Source of the DNA: Chrysomallon squamiferum
Taxonomy: Eukaryota > Animalia > Mollusca
Assembly: GCA_012295275.1 (NCBI GenBank)
Contig: CM022668.1
Coordinates: 4,278,001-4,342,000 of the forward strand
Direction: 5' to 3'
DNA length: 64,000 nt
In this document: in pieces, positions 40,706-55,556 of the stretch
Numbering within the stretch: position 1 is the first letter of the stretch
How the letters are laid out: each line of letters begins with the position of its first letter
Position numbers and translations under genes: made by a program
Notes under the pieces: model-generated
Databases searched by the model: none
What the model was told of the DNA's origin: nothing
The model's input: only the letters and a program-made list of their open reading frames with translations

Positions 40706-41149
40706 GAAAGAATTAATAAATAAATAAACAACAAGCTTGCAAGATATTCATAGAGTTTAATTCCATTTATTAATAGTCATCTTACGTTTTCATTGAATTT
40801 TTTTAATTTATTTTTTTAATTTACATGGAAATTAACATAGACTGAAAAAAAAAATGTATATAATAAGGATTTTCATTAGAACAAGTGCCATGAAAATGGA
40901 CATTATTATTATTTGCTGTTATTGTTAATTAATTGTAGTTTAATTTATTTTCGAACATTTTATTTTAATGTCATCACAAATAACAGTCTATTACCACATA
41001 TTATACATTTAAGATATTTATTTTTCATCTTAGTAATCTAAAGTATTCACATAGTGACATACTGATACAGTGAAATGATGTTTTCACTGACATTGAGAAG
41101 AAAAGAAAAAATAATTACTGCTAAATTTATCACGTACGAACAAAATGCA

Positions 41150-42532
41150 GACTGTTCTGTAAATGTCCACTTGAAAATGTACCAACTGAACACTGGGCAT
41201 GTTATTTATTCAGGTAATGTTAAACATGAGTAGAATCATATGCCTATTAGAGGAAAACTCAGAGAAGATTTGAAAAAAATATTTGCTAGTCGTAAGAAAC
41301 GCTTTTAGCATTATTTAGAATGAGTTACGGATGCTAAGCCAGCAGACTTGTAGCCGGAAATGTCAGTTGGTACGGAAAAGACACAAGTGTGTTTCGTCAA
41401 ACTGCTTCTCAATCTAGGAAAAAAGTTGGAAGAGACAAAGGGTGTACCAAAAGTCTTCTGTTGTTAATGAAAGAAAAATCTTACACAGGTTTAATTTTTA
41501 AGAATCAGTTTGCAACCTAATTATATACTATATTGGTCAGAAGAGGGATTAAGACTGTATCACAATTTAGTAGAAAAAGTTGCTTTATATTGGGTGCTAT
41601 AGGCAGCATTGTTCATAAAAATGAAGATGGTAAGCAGTTCTTATACTATGAATATGCTATAAAAAAAGATAAGATGGGCATTACTGTTGCCACTATGATT
41701 AGTGAAAATGAAGCATTGCCAAGAATGTTAGATTGGAGTTGTAATTTCAGATATGCTGAAAAGAAAACATTTGGATAGAACAATATTTCCTGCCCTACAC
41801 TGATCACTGGTTTTTATCTTAGGAGGTCTTTTACATTTTAATAATGAAACACTGAATCAATTTTTACATTGATCATGTAAAATTATGAGTCAGCACTCTG
41901 AATTATTTTAAATATGTTCACATATGCTCTAGTCATTTCATGAATAAGGTGAACAAATTTTGCTGGGAAAAATGTAAGAAAAAAACCCAACAACTGCAGA
42001 ATTTTTCTTAATATCTTAAGTCTGGTGATAAATATTAATGACATGAAAGAAATAAGAGAACTGCTACTTGATATTTTTGTGGTTTTGTTCTCCAGTCATA
42101 TAAACTCCTAGACAGACTATTTCATAAAAGCAACTGTTTTGAAATATCGATTTCAAAAGAATATTCTGATTTTGATGAATTTAATTTTGAACAAGTAGAC
42201 ATAAAAATATTGCAACTTGTTTACTACAGAATTTCTTAATTTAGCTGAAGACTCTTTGTTTAAGTCAATTTCTGCAGGTATCTTAGAAAATATTAACTAA
42301 ACCTGATTGCCATGTAAATTTGATGAAAATAGTAATGTTAATCCATGTTTTTCAGAAATATTTCTTCAATGTTTAAAACAAATGTATTTTGGACAAATGT
42401 AACACAGACTGAAAAATCTGCATCAGAAATTCCCAGTAGTAAAAACTTTATTCATGAATAGATGTAAACAACTAGCACAATTGAAAATAGGTTTAGAATT
42501 CTGAAATATACTGGACTGCAAGGCAGAACCAA
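41150..42532 (+). mobile_element. Second, inverted and 3'-truncated copy of the Mutator/NOF-like transposase remnant
   Basis: Reverse-complement match to ~7720-9040. It ends just after the IENRFRILK motif, before the USP part. Confidence 0.65.
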
Positions 42533-44926
42533 ACTTTATATTGTATTGGTAATCAAATCCATTTTTAATGCTTGTGAATAGTGTATATTTCAGATTGTGA
42601 CTGCTCAGTCGGTGTAAAAGATTAGCTGAAGATAATTATGAATTTCAGATGACCTCATTATTAATAACAATGTCAGATCATTTCTGTATTTGAAAGGTTT
42701 ATTGTAGGCCTTGTGTAATATGTTTCTCAGGAATTCAATTCTAATATAATCTACATAATCTATGTTGTGAGTCTAACTGGAATGCACTCATACAAAAATG
42801 ATCCTCATGACTGTAATCACCAAAAATAGCAGTGATTTCATTACTTTATAATTTAACTACATATTGTGTCATTATATTTATAGTCATCAAAAGACTGTTT
42901 AAAATAAAATATTTTAGATGCTGACAGTTTAACCATAACTTTTGAGGGAACTTTCTTAATAATAATAATATTGAAAATTATTTTATGCCCTGTTACACAC
43001 AATAAAGAAAAACACAACAACAAACAAACGCAACGGTTTATCATGACAGAACTTGTTGTACTCATATATTTATGATGCAATATTTTCCATGTAAATACAA
43101 AGTTGTGACTTCACTGATACCTTTACAGAAATAATTTTATATTCCATTTATTAAATATAAATTCTGTAAATTCAATGATTTAAACTATATATTCATGTGA
43201 AATTATGTCAAAAGAAATGGCTTCTGTGTTATTTTCATATCAAATTAGAATCTGAATTAATATATTAAAGTGTGCATTATGCATGAGCAAATAAACCAGA
43301 TTTGATATGCTCGGGTGAAATTTACCTTGTGTGTCATGTTTGGTTCATACAATGAAACTTCAGTGATGAACCTGATCACAGTTCAGTGACATGGCATATA
43401 TTCTAAATTACTGGGTGGCCAATTCTGAGGGGTTTGTATATGAGAGACCTTTACTTTGTTTGGTTACATTGGTAATCAGATCCACCGAGGAGGTTTGATC
43501 ATGGAAATAAAGTTCATCAGGTGATCTAAACTCCACTCCAGTATATCAAATACCATGTCTGTTTGGATACCTTAATATATTACAACATATCACTAAATGG
43601 AAATCTGATTTTATTACAAAATGGCTCCTTTTTCAACTTCTTTTTTACTTAATTTTTTTTTTTATTGTGATTTTTTTTACTTGTTTTTATTACAGAACTT
43701 GTATTTATATACTTTTATTACAAATTGCTATTTAACAACAGAAGTGGAGGCCAGACATTAATTGTTGATTATTAATTATCATATTGATATTTGTAATTTG
43801 GGACAAAATTATGAGAGGGAACTTGCTCAAATTTGATAGATGCTGTAATTAAATAAATTATTGAAGGCACTGAATAAAATATTTCATTATTATTATTATT
43901 ATTAAAATAATAATAAAAATAAAATGTTAAATTAATTAAATCTAGGTTGACATATCTGATTGTCACAAATGGCCTTTGAGGTTCAAGATATTAAAGAAAA
44001 AGTAATACAAACAGTTTTTATTTACTTTATTATGAAGTGTTTCGATACAGGTGACAAAATGTGTAGTGAAGCCTACATAATTGTAAATAGAAAAAAATAA
44101 CATGATACAAATATCATATAATTTTTGTCTAAACAAATCAGAAACATAACAATTACTTTAATTTGTAGGCCATATTTGAATTTTTCAGCTGACATAACTG
44201 ATTCTGTTCAGGAAGCTGCAAAATTTATAAAAGACACTGTGAAACAAATGTTTGTCCCTTGTTCTTGCAGAGGTCAGTTAAAAACAACAACCACAACATT
44301 TAAATTACAAATTATCTTATTTATTTTTTATTTGTTTATTTATTTATTGTTTTTAACTGTTGAATATTTCTTGCACATATTCTAATGGAAATGTAGTAAA
44401 CTTAGTTTCAGTTTATTATTATTATTATTAAATAATAACCGATATGCTTGGATTTTTCAAAAGAAATACAAATTAAAGTAAAGCAACGTAAAATGACGAC
44501 AGTAAATAGATTAGCAAAAATACCTTAATTTCACAATTGTTTATTTATTTATTTTTTATTTTTTTTAGTCCGGGTAAGTAATTAATGCAAGAATTCAAAA
44601 GGAAAAACAATAGCAAATACTTGGTTATAGAGTTATCTCCTACTTGTTCCCGTAACCAAGCAATAACTCTAAACTAACGGTTTTAGAAATTCGCTGGCTT
44701 CTCCTTAGCAACGCAGTTGCCATACTTCTAAAACAAATTGCATTATATATATGAAATTTTAATTTTGCTATTGTTCTGAAACATATATTTTATTTTCTAA
44801 TAAAAGTGAATACGTTTTATGTCTTAGAAGTTTTAACTGTTATTGAAACTGCGAACTATTTTTACAGCGCCTTTATTTCAGTTCCCGAGAACAGTTATAA
44901 ATATGATAAAGGCAATAATGTTTGTT

Positions 44927-45147
44927 ACACGCCCGGATCTCCTGTCCCGGAACCCATCCCTGGCGATCCCAGAGATCGGATCCGTGATAGGCGTGCCTGA
45001 ACCTTGAATTGGACGTGGGCATGTAAAAAGAGTTTTCCATCCCATTCCATTCCACGCCTGCAGACCTGTCAGAAAGCGCGTCCGTCGTAGACGTGCTTCC
45101 CAACAGCTTGCTCTGATTAGCACGTTAATTTGTTTTCATTCATTCAG
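44927..45147 (+). mobile_element. Short retroposon (SINE or LINE 3' end) with (TTCA)n tail
   Basis: Target-site duplication tgtttgtt at 44919-44926 and 45148-45155. Empty site in the duplicate at ~53615. Confidence 0.75.
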
Positions 45148-45320
45148 TGTTTGTTCTTGTCAAGAATGCGGACTGGTAGGTAAATGCGTGATGTAGTTTA
45201 ATAGAATCAGTTATTGTCTTAAAACGAGGTGTTAATGCTATTAAAATTGTAACATCTTTAGGTTGTTTCGATTTTAACTAGTCAGGGAATCGTTATTTCT
45301 GTCGTTTTTGATACTTAAGA

Positions 45321-46292
45321 TAGTATGGATCAATGATTTTGTTAAAATAAAAATAGGAAACTCATTGTTTGTGTACATAGTAGTACATGTTTTAGAAGTT
45401 GAATGCTTTTTGTTTTAACGAAAAATAGTGACTTTCTAATTTTTAATAAAATAATTTATAAGGCCGGTTGACGGACCTTTAATAAAAAAAAAAAAAAAAA
45501 AAAAAATGTTGTAAAACTGACTCAAGCGTTATAATGAGTCATCTTCATATTCACGCGCCATCGTCTGTAAAAAAAAAAAAATTTTTTCTTTTATTATTAT
45601 TATTATTTTTTTTTTTTGGCTGGCGACGTCGTAATAATATCTGAAAAATATATAGTACGAAACGCGTACGAGATAGTATGACGTTAGCAAAAGAGAAAGA
45701 AAGGTTTCGACCTTTGTAGCAACTTCTACTCAGTAATAGACATCTATGTATACAAAGCATTGATTAAATGACATATTTCCCCATTATACTTTTAATAATA
45801 CATATTGAATTGATTACATTAAGAAGGCATACGTATTTAAACATTTGTAAATACTAATTGGCGTTCGACGCTACCATATTGGATTTCGATCGGAAGTTTC
45901 CGTGAGCTCACGAATATTTTTAAACTTCAAAATTAAATTATTTTGCATCCATTTTTCAGAACTTTTTAAGATTTATATTGATAAAGGTAAGGACGGTTGT
46001 TCATATTATCAAACCATGATGTCACGCGCCTTTTCTAACTACTTTTTCAACTTAATCAAACTTTTGAAACTGGATTATGTTTGTGTAAATGCGAGCATAA
46101 TAAACTGAAATTATAATACGGAATACGATTAATGTATTAACTTTTGTAGTTGTCAAAAATGTTCCCCCTCTCAGAACCCAGTAGAAAAGAACATTTAGGG
46201 ATTGTTTGTACCCATTAAATCGAAATTTCTCGAGGCTTTTTTCCATGACGTAATTTGTGCCGTTATGTTACCGTTCCTGTTGGTCCATGCTA
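45321..46292. mobile_element. Non-autonomous DNA-transposon-like insertion in the upstream block of copy C
   Basis: Ends tag(t/c)atgga / tccatgcta, flanked by cttaaga on both sides. The homologous blocks at ~39440 and ~63090 are empty. Second copy at 53792-54958. Confidence 0.55.
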
Positions 46293-46904
46293 CTTAAGAA
46301 TTAAACTATTTCAGCAGGCAGTAAGATACAACTAGTTTTCACTTTTGATTATTCATACTTAAAATACGTACTTCATTAATAAATACTTTTCCCAACAAAT
46401 ATTTTAAGATAAAATTAATTACTCAATACTATTGCTTTTCATAGATCGGTTTCAACAAGTAACTTACCACATCTCCAAAGAATATTTGATTATTCATGGT
46501 AATAACAACCACAAAATTGACCAGTACTTTATAAGCAAAATTGAGTTTAGTGATTAACCTAGGTTTGGTATATACTGCATATAAAGTATGATGAAAATTA
46601 ATGACTACTGTATGTTTAGTTCATATACTAATATTGTAAGATATTTTCCCCAGTCACTCACTGGGAAACACAAATCTACTAAATGATAACACTGATGTTT
46701 CTTTACAGATGGGAAAACATATAATATACATTTTACTGATCACATCAATTTTTTTATTTTAAAGAAATACCTGTATGCCTTGAGTGTGTCAGAGAAAGGA
46801 AATATAATCAGTTGTTCACAGGCGTGAATTAATTTAAACGCTGTCTGTATACTGTTTTCCAGACAAGAACTGTAGAACTGAGACTAATAAATAAGAACAA
46901 AATA

Positions 46905-48123
46905 ATGAACTTTAAACTGACATTCAATGTCAACAAAATATGCATAGAATCTATAAATAAACCTGAAAAAGTACAACTTCTAAAATATGTGACGAAAGAA
47001 CAATGTTGCAGACAGCCACCCATTCAGGAAAAGGAGACTCATGTTCAGACAGCAGCCAAAAATGACCAAAGAATCATAAAACATAATTTAATTTATGTTT
47101 TAACTTTATGTTGAAAACCAAAATAATATAGAAATATTCCTGTAATTACCTCAATGTTTCTGTAATTTATCCTTTGAATCAAAGATTTCCGTATTTTAAC
47201 TTTTATTAGTTCTATGAATGATTTCAACTTTCCTATTATTTATTTGTTCCTTCAACAATTTCATCATTACTAATAAACAAAATAATACCACAACAAAAAG
47301 GAAAATGACAACATCTAATACTCAGTCTAATTATTTTTTATCCAAATACTATATTATTAGCAGACATTTATCATCAGTAAAGTAATAAAAACGAATAATT
47401 TATAAATATGCATACAAAATGTATTTACACTTTCTGTTTGCATTTCAAAATGTTCATTTTAAATCGAAATGCTTAATTTTACTTTCTTTTATTAATAAGT
47501 TTGTATCTATTTTAATTTTTTTCTTCTATGTACTATGGGTAATCTGTAGATGTGCATTTTTATAATGATTCCCTGGTTTCATTTCTAAATTAAACAATTA
47601 ATACTGTTATATCATTATATTATATTTATTATTATTATAATATTTGTTTATTTGTTACATTTTCTTAATTATTCATTATTATTTCATTCATTTTTCATAT
47701 CTGATACACTAATCCATGATATTGCTCTGCATATATCAACCAAGCAGTTCTTTGCCCTTGGAACCCTGTTGAATATTCCTGACTTAACACTACAAAATAT
47801 GAGTCAGCATTCCTAGTCATCTCTTGAGAGAAATATTAACATGATAAAGCTATGGCTCCAAATGAGAAATAGCACTCATGATAAAAAAAAAGAAGATAAT
47901 AACAGATTTGTCCAAGGCCACGAGAAACTGCGAAATGCCACAAAATAATGTTTTAATTTGAAGTAAATCAGCTCTCTGAAAACACAAAACAGTTGGCAAA
48001 TATTCTAGAGTTCAGAGAGTGTAAAGTTTAAGCTATTTCAGTGTCATTACCATTACCCCTAAGATTTTATCACAAACTTTCATTCACCAGTGACTAAATT
48101 TCTTTATGATTTTAGTTACATTT

Positions 48124-48177
<54 letters not shown>

Positions 48178-48937
48178 TGTTATTTATGCTACTTATTTAT
48201 TGAAAACCACCAGAGAATCAGATTTGAAAAGTGGTACAGCAGTTCCAAAAAACTGATGTAGACCAGGATCCTGTTCCCTAGCAATAACAGTAATGATAAT
48301 GATAATAAAATTAATGCTAACAACAAATAACAATTTGATAGTAATAGTAATAAAAGCAATGACAAAAATGAAAGTCTGTATATGTGTGTATATGTCCCTG
48401 TAATTTATAGTGTTTTATCTCATAATATTCATTCAATATTTAGATATTTGTTGAGAGATTTATTAACTTACGTCATTATGTGCCATTTTTTTTTCACCTT
48501 TCAGAATATGTACGTATGTCATAACGAAAATCACATGTTCAAACATAACCTATTGAAAAAATATTAAACATTTTTTTGAACAACACACACACACACACAC
48601 ATCAATTATATATACCAAGTTTTAAAATATGTAACATTTTTCATTTCTAGTTACACTGAAAGAAACTTTTGAGAAACTTCAATTCATCATCAAATACAAA
48701 GAAAATTTGTCGGATACTGACATGGATGAACTTGTATATAAGCTGGCTTCATTTGATCACAAGAACTTTGACTGTGTTGTGTGTTGTATTTTGTCACATC
48801 GAACTGAAGGTGTGATATATGGGTGTAACGGATCAGAGACTTGACTGAACCATTTAGACCTGAGTCGTGTCCAACACTGAGTGGGAAACCAAAGTTGTTT
48901 TAAATGCAGGCTTGTCAAGCGAAGGAAAAACAACAAG
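46905..48937 (+). pseudogene. Caspase-8-like copy C pseudogene (DEDs deleted; DD exon and catalytic exon disrupted; no p10 exons)
   Basis: DD-exon remnant at ~47705-47950 (LIHDIALHISTKQFFALGTLLNIPDLTLQNM...MIKLWLQM). The catalytic exon from 48651 has SHG changed to SHR, a deletion after GCNG, and a TAA just before QACQA. Confidence 0.82.
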
Positions 48938-48964
48938 GTATGTCTGATAGGCACATTATTATTA

Positions 48965-49007
<43 letters not shown>

Positions 49008-49981
49008 TTGAAGCTATTTAGGTTTATACATGTTATATTGTGTGGTCTAATTCTGTGCAGGGATGAACAGTTTGCTGTGAGTTTGACATAAAATTAACTG
49101 ACATTGTCCACGAATTGCCAAAATTTAAGATTTGCTACAAATTTGACAACATTATACTGACATTATCCACAAATGATAAAATTTTAATGTTTATTTGCTC
49201 CAAAATACTTAAAATATAGTTACAAATATTTGTATGGGTTTGGGTATGAGTTGGTATGCAACTAGGATTAATGTTTTAAATATGCATGAGGTTTTTGACA
49301 TATTTTATTTGCAAGATACATTTCCTCCGTGCAGATTCTTATTTTGTCTTGGTACCCCGTATGAGCTTACTCGTATCATTAAACAAAATTATTTAAATGT
49401 ATGTTTCATGATTGTATAATGTATTATTATCAAGTCGCCTGTATATCGTAATTAAATAATTAATGTGAACCTTAACTTGTGTTCTGTTTATTTCTGTAGT
49501 GGATAAAGAGACGTACTGATTTATATAGATTTCTGCCAATTTAGCGTTTATATTCCTTGTTAGGTGGCCTACGAAGCACCTTGTTACCCTACACTGAGCC
49601 TTAATAAAACATACAAGATGTTTAAGGGTGTGAGCCCCGTCACAAAACTACATTTTTCTAATAAATATAAATTTCTACAAATGCAAATGCTGAGGAACTT
49701 AAAAATCTGGAAACTGCCACATCTGCTTTTCAGAGTGAGAGAATCCAGATTAATATTATTATTATTACTATTACTACTACTACTACTACTACTACAAGCA
49801 GCAGTAATATCATATTAATTTATTTATTACTTTCAAAATAATTTATATTCTTGATCTAAATTACATATTTAAAATACTAAGTTTTTCTGATCTGTGTCTT
49901 TCATAGAAATACGATTGTATTCAGTTTCTACTAATATAACCGATAAATCTGTCAAATTATATTACGTCGATATTTTTCTTT

Positions 49982-51345
49982 TTAATCGTAACCAATCCAC
50001 GCATCTACAGTGGGTATGGGAACAATCATTTTAATGTAGCCATCATGCAACCTTGCTTTTAACGTTTCACGATTTAACATGTCGAGATAGATCGATGAAC
50101 TGGATTCTGACTGCTGTGCCTGATCAATGATTTCGGGTATGTCTGGCTCGACCTGTCTGTCAGATCGCTCGTCCTTTTCCGTGTGTATGTAACCCAGTGC
50201 TTGTTCAATCCGGCTCTCAGCTCCTTCAACGTGAGCTCTGTCGTAGAAGACTGTAATTGTCAATTGACTTCGGCATCTGCTTCATTACCCTTTCTCCTTT
50301 TTTCACGAGCAGCTTGTAGCATGTCAGTGATGTTTCTCGTAAGACAACCGATTTGTTCTTTGACCTCACTTAAATATCGCACGCAGGCAGACATTTCTTC
50401 TTCATTATATTTGATCGTGTTCGTCTCTGACACCATCAGATTCTCCAGCAACTGAAGCAACACCTGGGCTGTCGTATCCACCATCATCTTCATTTCCTTG
50501 GCATTGATGCTGATCTGATCTGCCACCAACCCGAATTGCCAAATTTCATTTCTTACGTCATGAAGTTGTAGTCCTCTGTGCTTTGACCAGGACAACCAAG
50601 TGTATAGAACCCGTGGCAAGTGTATCTGGTTCAAAGAGGAACATTCTTTATCCAGTGTATGCTTGGAACAGACAAGATCACATGCTGCTGAGCACTGCTG
50701 TTGATGCTATTCAACTGAACATATGAATTTGTTGTCTGAATCGATAATGATGTCGTCCCTGCTTTTTGTTCCTCCTGATGCCTTCATTAGCAAAACCAGA
50801 ATGGAGAGGTTAAGCATAGACGTACACGTATGGAGCAAACTCGAGATGTTCTTAACTCAGACTGAGCTTCAACGTAAAGCACATTGCACCTATCAGAATA
50901 GATCAAGGAAGGGAAGTAACTATGCTAATTTCTGGATCAGGCACGAATGTTCTTTTGGTGATGACTACTCAGTGTTTTTCTATGGAAGAAAGCTGTACAC
51001 TTCTTCTTGTTAGATGTGATCTCTGGAGTCTGCAGGTAAGTGGTGCTTTCTAAATTGATTTCACTGATTGTCTGCTTGTTCCGATTATTATTGTGATTAG
51101 TTGAATGTTCAGATGCAGCTAAGCATGTAGTACATACAGTATATCTGATTAACTGTAATGAAAGCAAAACACTTCCTGCATTACTCATTACTGAGGAAAC
51201 TTTCTCTACCATTAACAGTGGCACGATGCACGCCACGAAGCTTGCGAAATCTGGCCTGTGTCACACAATTCCTGTTTTTGTTTTTGTTTTTTTTATGTGT
51301 GTGCCAGATCACACAGCCTAAAAACATTTACCTCAGTTATGTTCA
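49982..51345 (-). pseudogene. B-box/coiled-coil (TRIM-like) N-terminal remnant
   Basis: Cys/His clusters (KCTAFFHRKTLSSH, CDLVCSKH) followed by a helical, charged coiled-coil-like stretch (ORFs 50260-50634 and 49982-50263). Its 3' flank matches the sequence downstream of the NHL fragments. Confidence 0.5.
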
Positions 51346-51579
51346 AGTGAAGCTTTTCAAAAAATATTTTCTATGAATAGTTTTTCTATGATAATATTTA
51401 TATATTGTTATCAACACCATAACAATCTTACTGTCATCTTTATCATTTATTATGACAGTTTGTAGTCATTCAGTATATTTAATTACTTGGAAATTCCAGT
51501 TTTATTTAAATCATTTACTGTAAGGCTGTATTCTGAAGATTTAAATGTGCAATTAAGTATTTACAGATGTGTCATCATG

Positions 51580-52530
51580 GCTGATGAGGTGGACTTGGCT
51601 ATTCCACTGATGTTAGCTGTCTATAATGAGGAGGAGCTGATGATGTTACTTTTAACTTGAAAGAGTTTTCAGACAAAATATGTTTGGAACAGTTTTGCTT
51701 CACAAAAGATAAAATGCATCATCTGTGCAATTTGGTTAGAATGCCACCCAATCATTTGTGAAACAAGTTTTTGTCTGACTTTGTCTGGTTTTGAGGTGAC
51801 TTGCATACCCACGTTGCTTTTGTGATTTCAGATTCCTGTTTTTTCGGAATTCACTTTGCAGCTGAGTTTGATCTTTAAACATGTTTCTAATTACATCTTT
51901 GACAACTTTGGACACAAACTTTCATCAAGCATGGATAAATCCTCAGCTACTTGCAGATATCATTGCAAATAAAGTTCTCCTCTGAAGAACTGGTGAGGAT
52001 TCATCGATGGAACAGTGCATGAGACGGAGTGACCATCAGTGGACCAAAGACATGCTTTTAGTGGCCACAAGAGAAAGCATGACATCAAATTTCAGTCAGT
52101 GATGGCACCCAGTGCACTTGTTGTTAAGTTGTTAGTGCCATATGCTGGAACTAGACAAGTCAGTGTTCTTCTTCCACTACTAGAAGCCAGGATGAATGAT
52201 GTGAATGAAGATCTACTTTCCCTATATAAAGGTACCTACCCCCTGAGGGATTATCTATTGTGTCCCTTTGAATCAGTCCACATGTAAGGGCTTTCAACAA
52301 AAAACATGTCTGCTGTTTGACAATGTGTAGAATGGGGGCTTCGCAAAGTAGTGCAGCTGTTCTAGTTTGTGGGTTTTAGGAAGAACTTAAAACTGTTCCT
52401 GCAGCCGCATATTGACAGATATTACTTTCTGGCCCATCTGTTCACAAACTGTCACACGTGTCTGTGTGGGTCACAGACATCATTCTTTTTTGGACTGAAC
52501 CCACCAACACTTGAAGAATACCTATCGTGT
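51580..52530 (+). mobile_element. PIF/Harbinger-ISL2EU-type DDE nuclease (HARBI1-like) remnant
   Basis: FIDGT, QRHAFSGHKRKHDIKFQSV, YPLRDYLLCPF, QCVEWG, FRKNLKLFL and LFTNCHTCL...FFGLNPPTLEEYL. Frameshifted. Confidence 0.78.
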
Positions 52531-53173
52531 ATTATTTTGTTTTAAAAATAAAGAAAAAAACAACCCAAGAAAAGAAACCTCTAAAAAATAAACCTTGTGT
52601 TTGTAAATGATTGTATACGAAAGAAGATGTGTTTGGGAGTGAAAGTGTATGTAAAAAATGTTTTTTATATTTTCAGCTTAGAAATTCACCACACAATGTA
52701 CTGTAAGAAAATAGTATTTATATTGCTTGTAAACTGATAATGGATGATACATTAGAATTTATGCTTGTCAATTGCCAACATTATAAACTAATGAGACAAG
52801 GATGTTTTCAATTAAGGAACAAATGATCAAGAAATTATTATCAGGTATCGGTGGGGTGTAGGTGTATGTCAGTTCATTTAAAAGAAATTCTAGGGGCCTG
52901 ACCATATGGTGTGTTTTTTTTAACTATAAAAAAAACTTACTTCATTGCATACTGTCAAATAAACAACACTGATGTTAATTATTAGCAGTAGACATATAAT
53001 TAAAGCAACAGTGATTCATTCTCATTCACATTAATGATCAGTTATTATTAGGAATTTTAATGATGGAAATAATAGGCAAAACAACTGCGTTTGCATCTAA
53101 GAAAAAGGAAAAAAAAGCAAGAGAAAAACATGGATTTTCTATATACATCTTTGTGATCTAAAAACAACTTGAA

Positions 53174-53373
53174 NNNNNNNNNNNNNNNNNNNNNNNNNNN
53201 NNNNNNNNNNNNNNNNNNNNNNNNNNNNNNNNNNNNNNNNNNNNNNNNNNNNNNNNNNNNNNNNNNNNNNNNNNNNNNNNNNNNNNNNNNNNNNNNNNNN
53301 NNNNNNNNNNNNNNNNNNNNNNNNNNNNNNNNNNNNNNNNNNNNNNNNNNNNNNNNNNNNNNNNNNNNNNNNN
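53174..53373. other. Assembly gap (200 N)
   Basis: Run of N. Confidence 1.
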
Positions 53374-55556
53374 AACTAACTGTTTTAGAAATTCGCTGGC
53401 TTCACCTTAGCAACGCAGTTGCCATACTTCTAAAACAAATTGCATTATATATCTGAAATTTTATTTTTGCTATTGTTCTGAAACATATATTTTATTTTAT
53501 AATAAAAGTGAATATTTAGAAGTTTTAACTTATTGAAACTGCGAACTATTTTTACAGCGCCTTTATTTCAGTTCCCGAGGACAGTTATAAATAAAAATAT
53601 GATAAAGGAAATAATGTTTGTTCTTGCCAAGAATGCGGACTGGTAGGTAAATGTGTGATGTAGTTTAATAGAATCTGTATTTGTCTTAAAACGAGGTGTT
53701 AATGCTATTAACATTGTAACATTTTTTGGTTGTTTCGATTTTAATGAGTCAGTCGGGGAATCGATATTTCTGTCGTTTTTAATACTTAAGATAGCATGGA
53801 TAAATGATTTTGTTAAAATAGAAATAGGAAACTCATTGTTTGTATACATAGTAGTACATGTTTTAGAAGCTGAATGCTTTTTGTTTTAACGAAAAAGAGT
53901 GAATTTTTTATTTTTAATAAAATAATTTATAAGGCCGGTTGACGGACCTTTAATTTTTTTTAAAAATGTAAAACTGATTCAAGCGTTATAATGAGTGTAT
54001 CAAGGCTATCATTGAAATAACACGTAATCAATTTGCTTTTTACATGTAAATACTACCTTTAATGCATTGAAAATGGAAATAAATAAATAAATAAATAAAT
54101 ATATATAAAAGAATTATAATGGTTTCCAGTATCGTTTTACAACTTCGCCAAGAACTGTCTGCTATGGAGTTTTAGCAGAGTAACGTGTCCACATTATGGT
54201 ACCTAATGAAAAGTCATCTTCGTATTCACGCGCCAGTGTCTGTAAAAATTACTTATTTTCTTTTCTTTTATTATTTTTTTTTATTTTTTGGGGCTGGCGA
54301 CGTCGTATTAATATCTGAAAAACATATATAGTACGAAACGCGTACGAGATAGTATGACGTCAGTTACCAAAAAAGAGAGAGAAAAGGTTTCGACCTTTGC
54401 AGCAACTTCTACTCAGTAATAGACATCTATGTCTTACAAAGCATTGATTAAATGACATATTTTCCCAATATACTTTTAATAATACATGTAGAACTGATTA
54501 CATTATGAAGGCATACGTATTTAAAAGCTTGTAAATACTAATTGGCGTTCGTCGCTGCCATATTGGATTTCGATCAGAAGTTTCCGTGAGCTTACGGATA
54601 TTTTTAAACTTCAAAATTAAATTATTTTGCATCCATTTTTCAGAACCTTTTATGATTTACATTGATAAAGGTAAGGACGGTTGTTCATGTTATCAAACCA
54701 TGATGTCACGCACCTTTTCTAACTAATTTTTCAACTTATTCAAACTTTTCAAACTGGATTATGTTTGTGTAAATGCGTGCATAATAAACTGAAATTATAA
54801 TACGGAATACGATTAATGTATTAACTTTTGTAGTTGTCAATGTTCCCCCTCTCAGAACCCAGTAGATTGTACCTATTAAATCGGCGAAATTTCTTGACGC
54901 TTTTTTCCATGACGTAATTTGTGCCGTTACGAGTTACCGTTCCTGTTAGTCCATGCTACTTAGAATTAAACTATTTCAGCAGGCAGTAAGATACAACTTT
55001 TGATTATTCATAATTAAAATGCGTACTTCATTAATAAATACTTTTCTCAACAAATATTTTAAAATAAAATTAATTACTCAATACTATTGCATTTCATAGA
55101 TCGGTTTCAACAAGTAACCACATCTCCAAAGAATATTTGATTATTCATGGTAATAACAACCACAAAATTGACCAGTACTTTATAAACAAAATTGAGTTTA
55201 GTGATTAACCTAGGTTTGGTATATAGCTGCATATAAATTATGATGAAATTTAATGACTACTGTATGTTTAGTTCATATACTAATATTGTAAGATATTTCC
55301 CCCAGTGAGTCACTGGGAAACACAAATCTACTAAATGATAACACTGATGTTTGTTTACAGATGGGAAAACATATAATATACATTTTACTGATCACATCCA
55401 TTTTTTAATTTTATAGAAATACCTGTATGCCTTGAGTGTGTCGGTGAAAGGAAATATAATCAGTTGTTCACAGGCGTGAATTAATTTAAACGCTGTCTGT
55501 ATACTATTTTCCAGACAAGAACTGTAGAACTGAGACTAATAAATAAGAAAAAAATA

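Larger units (their letters stand above)
38430..42532 (-). repeat. Inverted segmental duplication of ~7720-11750
   Basis: Near-identical reverse complement containing the NHL fragment and the transposase remnant. Confidence 0.92.

Noticed and set aside
51580-52530. Domesticated HARBI1-like host gene
   Set aside because: Multiple stops and frameshifts in both copies indicate a decayed transposon.
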